The notes beneath the pieces are model-generated. The model saw nothing but the letters and a program-made list of their open reading frames with translations. It was not told where the DNA came from and searched no databases. DNA of 64,000 nt from Takakia lepidozioides (taxonomy: Eukaryota > Plantae > Bryophyta), in NCBI GenBank assembly GCA_030704615.1, contig CM060734.1, positions 56,482,001-56,546,000 of the forward strand, given 5' to 3'. The first letter of the stretch is position 1, and each line of letters starts with the position of its first letter. Position numbers and translations under genes: made by a program. Shown here piece after piece: positions 59,689 to 64,000 of this stretch.

Positions 59689-62600
59689 TCATTGATTCCT
59701 ATCAGATAGTTTTTCTACAGGTGATTCAGAATGTTGCTTTGGGCCTTGTGAGACTGCAAGCGAGGAAGATAAAGGTGAGGTTTTCTCCTTTGTACCTGTG
59801 TCCGCACCAGATGGGCAACCAGGACTGGACCCATTAGGGATACTGGGAGGTGATGAAATTGCTCCAGTTACACATGTAACAGGTGAAGTGAGTGGCAGAC
59901 CAATATTGGCTGGAGCTCTCTTATTGTGGGCTGCCTTATTGTACTGCACTGCAGAGATGCAACACCTTCCAGAATGTGACTCTTTTTGCGAAGAATCACC
60001 TGCACCTGTTGTACATGTTGACACTACTGGTGCTCCACTCTTTGATGTTCCAGTTGCTATGGGTGGGGTCGTTGAGACTGACTGCCTTCTCACTGAGGAG
60101 GCAGCTGGGTTGTCAACATCGTTGGATGGCTGTAGCTGTGTCTTTTGCGTTTCTAGACCTGCAGTGCGATGGCCATCATTGGAAGAGGATGGCGAGTTTG
60201 AGTGGGATCTTGGGCCAGATCTACTTGCACCATTTGACTTGCTCAACTGGTTGGGTGCAGCTGGCATATGAGAATTACTGGATGACGCTTGAGTCAATGC
60301 GACGGGCACGACTAGAGGGCTTGACTTTGAGGCACCATTTCCAGAAGCTCTGCCTGGCTGGTTCTTCGATGTGTGTTGCAACGGCAGTCGCTGTGGAGTG
60401 ATATTTTGGGGCACGGCACCTGCACCATAGAACTTTTCAGTCTCAGAATGTTTGAAAATAGTTCCCATGCAAACAGGTAACCGCATACCATGAATCACTG
60501 GAGTTCTACAGGCTGCTATATACAAACTACGCATCAGTGCAGGCCAGCCTCCAACACATAGCCTGAGAGGTTCAAGGCAATGAGGCGACACAGTTGGTGA
60601 GCCAAGGTTCAGATCGGCATAGGCCTGCTGGAGGTTACATTGTGTGATTCACCCAGCTGCAAATGGGGTATTGCCTTGCCAAACTGGATACCTGGGAGCT
60701 TTCGAGGCTGGGGGAAGAATCAGGTGACAAATTGCCCTGGTCACACTGTGTGTGGCCGTTAGAAAGTGCCCACCTAGTCCTCACAGGTGAAGGAGGTACT
60801 AGCTCCGGCCGTCGTCATTCTTCTTCTTCTTCTTCTTCTTCTTCTTCAGTGCAGGCCTCCAGTGGTGTGTGGCATCCACATCTATCAGCCCTTGTAAAGA
60901 AGCCACAAATGCAAATTACAAAGAAAATATAGATGGACATAAAAAGGCAATCCCACAAATAATCTTGAAAATGTCTTCGAGCTGTCATACATCTAGCAGA
61001 CTTCCGCCTTTCGTTTGACTTACCTGCGCCAGTGCGAATGTAGTGCACAATAGCTCCTTGGCCCCGTGCACTGACACTGTTCAAGGGTTGAACACCCATG
61101 CCTGCTTGATTTGAATGCCCCACTTTGGTCATAGGTACACCTCCAGGTCCAATGTGGACTACGTTGCCAGATTGGGCAGCCATTAGCAGTGATGCAGCCG
61201 CTGAGGCGGGCGCAATGCGTGCTCCCGCTGCTACTGCCGCTGCTTGCACCATCGGGTCTGGACCATGAAGGCCCTTGTGTCCTCCGCGTGCTCCATTTGC
61301 CCCTGTACTGTTGCGGGGGACATACTTCCCACCGGTAGAAGTTATCCCTGCCGTTGTTGAGGGCATTGGGACCGTGTGCCACATCTCAGTGCCTCCAACA
61401 GATGCTGCCTGGGCGGCTGCTGCACTCATGACCATGGCCCCCGGGGCAAGCAGGCGTGTTCCACCAGTTGATCCAGAAACCACAGTGCCTGTGCTTCGCC
61501 CTTGCCCAGTCCCAGTTGCTGTGACTGAAGCCCCGTTGGCACGCATGGAGCCTTGATTCTGCGCCTGCTGCCGAAGCCCATTTGCAGTCCGGGAGGGTGG
61601 ACCACCATTTCCTGTCGCTCCTCGCACACGGTGGGTATCGCCCACACCAATGGATCCCACATGTCCTGCCGAGGAGCTCACAGCATACAAAGCCACAGGT
61701 TCTGGTCCCTGGCCCTGTGGGTTTCCAGTTCCAGTGGGAGGTACCACTGCGACAGATGGAGGGATGACTGGAGGAGCCCCGACATAGCCCAGTGGCATCC
61801 CCGTCGATTGTACTGGCCCTGGACTTGCTGAACCTGTGCTGCTGCCAGCCACTGTTTGCCCCACACCACTGGGGCTTGATACTGTGGCCGGCACAGATGA
61901 AGAGGCCACCGTCTGTGCCTGTATGGTACCAGGAGCTGAGGGGGCAAATCCTGGCGCAACCCGAAATCCTGCTTTTTCTTGCACCTCCCGTCGCTTTCTG
62001 ATGAGTGCCCATCTCTGCACAGCCAGAAAACACCAAAACTTGAGTATATACCAATGTGAGTCAGTTACATCTCCAATACCCTCACACACCTTCACTGTTC
62101 CAGCCAGTCAAATGGCAATACTTTTATTGCTCCAGGCTGATGGGCTATATGCTGAGTGCCAATCTGTCCATCACACAATTCCCAGCTAGATCCATGGGCC
62201 GCAGTCTCTAAACAGGTCTTGGGAGTACTCACCCTATGACTCCTCCAAATACCTATTTCTGCTCAAGAACACCCACCAACTTTAAAACAAGCTGTTCATG
62301 GGACAACTGCCATGAATCCTAGACGAATGTCTAGCTTTCCCAGCAAGAAACTTCTGCTTAAGCTATTGTCCAGGCTACGTAGAAACACCTTTCCAGCCCC
62401 ACCAAGAGCAAACCTAAACAGGATTACAAACCTAAAGGGGCACTTTTACCAATACGAGGGACAACGTGCTATGCTATGATGAAGATCGGTGGCCAGAAAC
62501 TTGTAGATTTAACAGAATACGCTGCGAAATGGGGTGTGTTGCTTGTATTGCAGCCCTTATGATCCAGTCATCTGTGAGGAGGATGCACTGACTGGCTCAG

Positions 62601-63781
62601 ACTCCTATATTCAAGAATTGTCCATAGGGGTGTGTCAGTGTTCAGGCAGTAGCGACCAGTCATCGGCAGAACTCTTTATGTGTGGTTTTCACGTCTTAGT
62701 TACCCTGATCTAAACTGCAGAGCTGCAACATACTGCAGTCTAACAGTACCAAGAGAACAGGGACGGAATACCAGGGGCAATCACACATGTGTCCCAAATC
62801 AAAGAAAATGTGCAACAAAGCAAAGCTAACATTAGCACATTCCTGTACCAGACATGGTGCAGCAAAGTGATCCTCCATAAAGATGAACCAAGGAAAATAG
62901 TCAAACTGCTAAACAGTGAGCCCTGTCCTGTGCCCCATCACTACAATTTGGTAGTAAAACTGTAGAGGGACGCTACCATCACACCCAAATACATGTCAGC
63001 ATAGTGGATGATCATTGTCCTCAAACAGAAAGGCACCCAGTATGCAGACCTGGGGCCAGAGATACATGTAAATGTTACTCTGCTGCAAGGTTGCTCAACA
63101 ACACTGGAACCCAGGATAATCACGTCGATGGCTGATGAACGCAGGTGATTTCCCCATGGCATTCTTGTGAACTTTAGGGACTCAATACATAGATAGACAC
63201 ACACCTGAGAAAGCTGTGAGGCAGTCCGTTCATAGTTGAAGCCGCACTTCAGGATATTTGTCCAATTGCCCTCGCCACACTTCTCAACAGCTGCAATAAG
63301 TTCCAAGTCCTCCTCGGGGGTCCAAAGCCTTCGCTTCTTCCTATCTGTCTGACTTAAAACTCCAGCCAGCAGAGCATTAGCATTTGCGGAAGTGGGGGCT
63401 GAGTTTCCTGATTGGCTGTTCCCAGTGGCATTCCAAGCCGCAAGCCCATTGGTTGGTGTAGGAACTCCTTTAGCAGATGTAGTGCCTGCCAATGTTCCTC
63501 CCCCATTTGAAGTACCTGACAAAGCTGGAACCTGTCCGAGTGAAGGGTCACAATTGTCAACATGTGTGTGCCCATAAAATTGAATGTACTCATAAGACAT
63601 TGTTTGTGCCTTGTGGCCATAGACCCTGCCCCCAGTTAGGGCAGAACGAAAGAGGGAACATATACTTAACTTTGTGAGGGGGCTCACTCCAGTAGTGGGA
63701 CTTACCTCGGTATAACCAATTAGTTTGGGCTTCCCAGATATCCTCTAGAAAGCCCTTCACACAAGCATCAGCCTGCTGTGC
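59689..63781 (-). CDS. DRMY1: Single MYB/SANT-domain protein, DRMY1-like (5' end outside the window or unresolved)
   Basis: KKRRLWTPEEDLELIAAVEKCGEGNWTNILK...ERTASQLSQ|RWALIRKR and DPMVQAAAVAAGARIA...AASLLMAAQSGNVVHI. Exons 63205-63515 (or to 63531), 61024-62014 and 59689-60419, with a probable exon at 63706-63781. Confidence 0.8.
63582..63704 (-). repeat. Intronic copy of the dispersed ~120-bp repeat
   Basis: Homologous to 12269-12386. Confidence 0.65.
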
Positions 63782-64000
63782 CTGTGAAATAGAGGAAGAC
63801 ACACAGACAGGAAAAAGCAGAGTGCCCTTGCAAAGACCGGGATTACAAGAATCACCCACATGAATAACTGCTGCAGCAAGATCTCCATCTTTAGATTTTG
63901 ACTTTGAGATCTGATCTGCCTTTCGTTTGAGAGCAACACCTGTGATCCCATGTCGTTGCATGTCTGCCTGCATCATAGCAGTCCACTAGTAGTTATAATC

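Noticed and set aside
13067-63781. Host genes as a functional cluster because all lie on the minus strand
   Set aside because: The protease, histidine kinase, mutase and MYB gene have unrelated functions, and co-orientation of a handful of genes is unremarkable.

Overview
Eukaryotic land-plant nuclear DNA with GT-AG spliced genes. The gene content and repeat landscape suggest a non-seed plant, probably a bryophyte (inference). Four recognisable host genes lie on the minus strand: an intronless A1 aspartic protease (13067-14713), a 14-exon AHK1-like hybrid histidine kinase (18356-28774) with an apparent 1-nt frameshift in its H-box exon, a 17-exon plastid-type phosphohexomutase (49393-57829), and the 3' part of a DRMY1-like single-MYB gene (59689 to the window end). 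There is also an orphan secreted-protein ORF (45483-45836), a decayed LRR receptor kinase (about 16880-18265) and other decayed genes. Transposons are dense: a full-length dead pogo-like DDE element (386-3033), two tRNA-derived SINE families, a Helitron-like element with tandem 3' ends, several MITEs and a LINE RT fragment split by a SINE. The most notable object is an 8.6-kb Mutator-like element (33142-41744) with long GC-rich TIRs and a perfect 9-bp TSD. It has no visible transposase but carries a spliced Ulp1/C48 SUMO-protease-like gene, zinc-finger and PHD-like fragments, a 66-bp tandem array and a pervasive CAGACT/AGTCTG motif. This combination is a candidate TE-encoded anti-silencing module. 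All calls come from reading the sequence by eye; no database searches were run.
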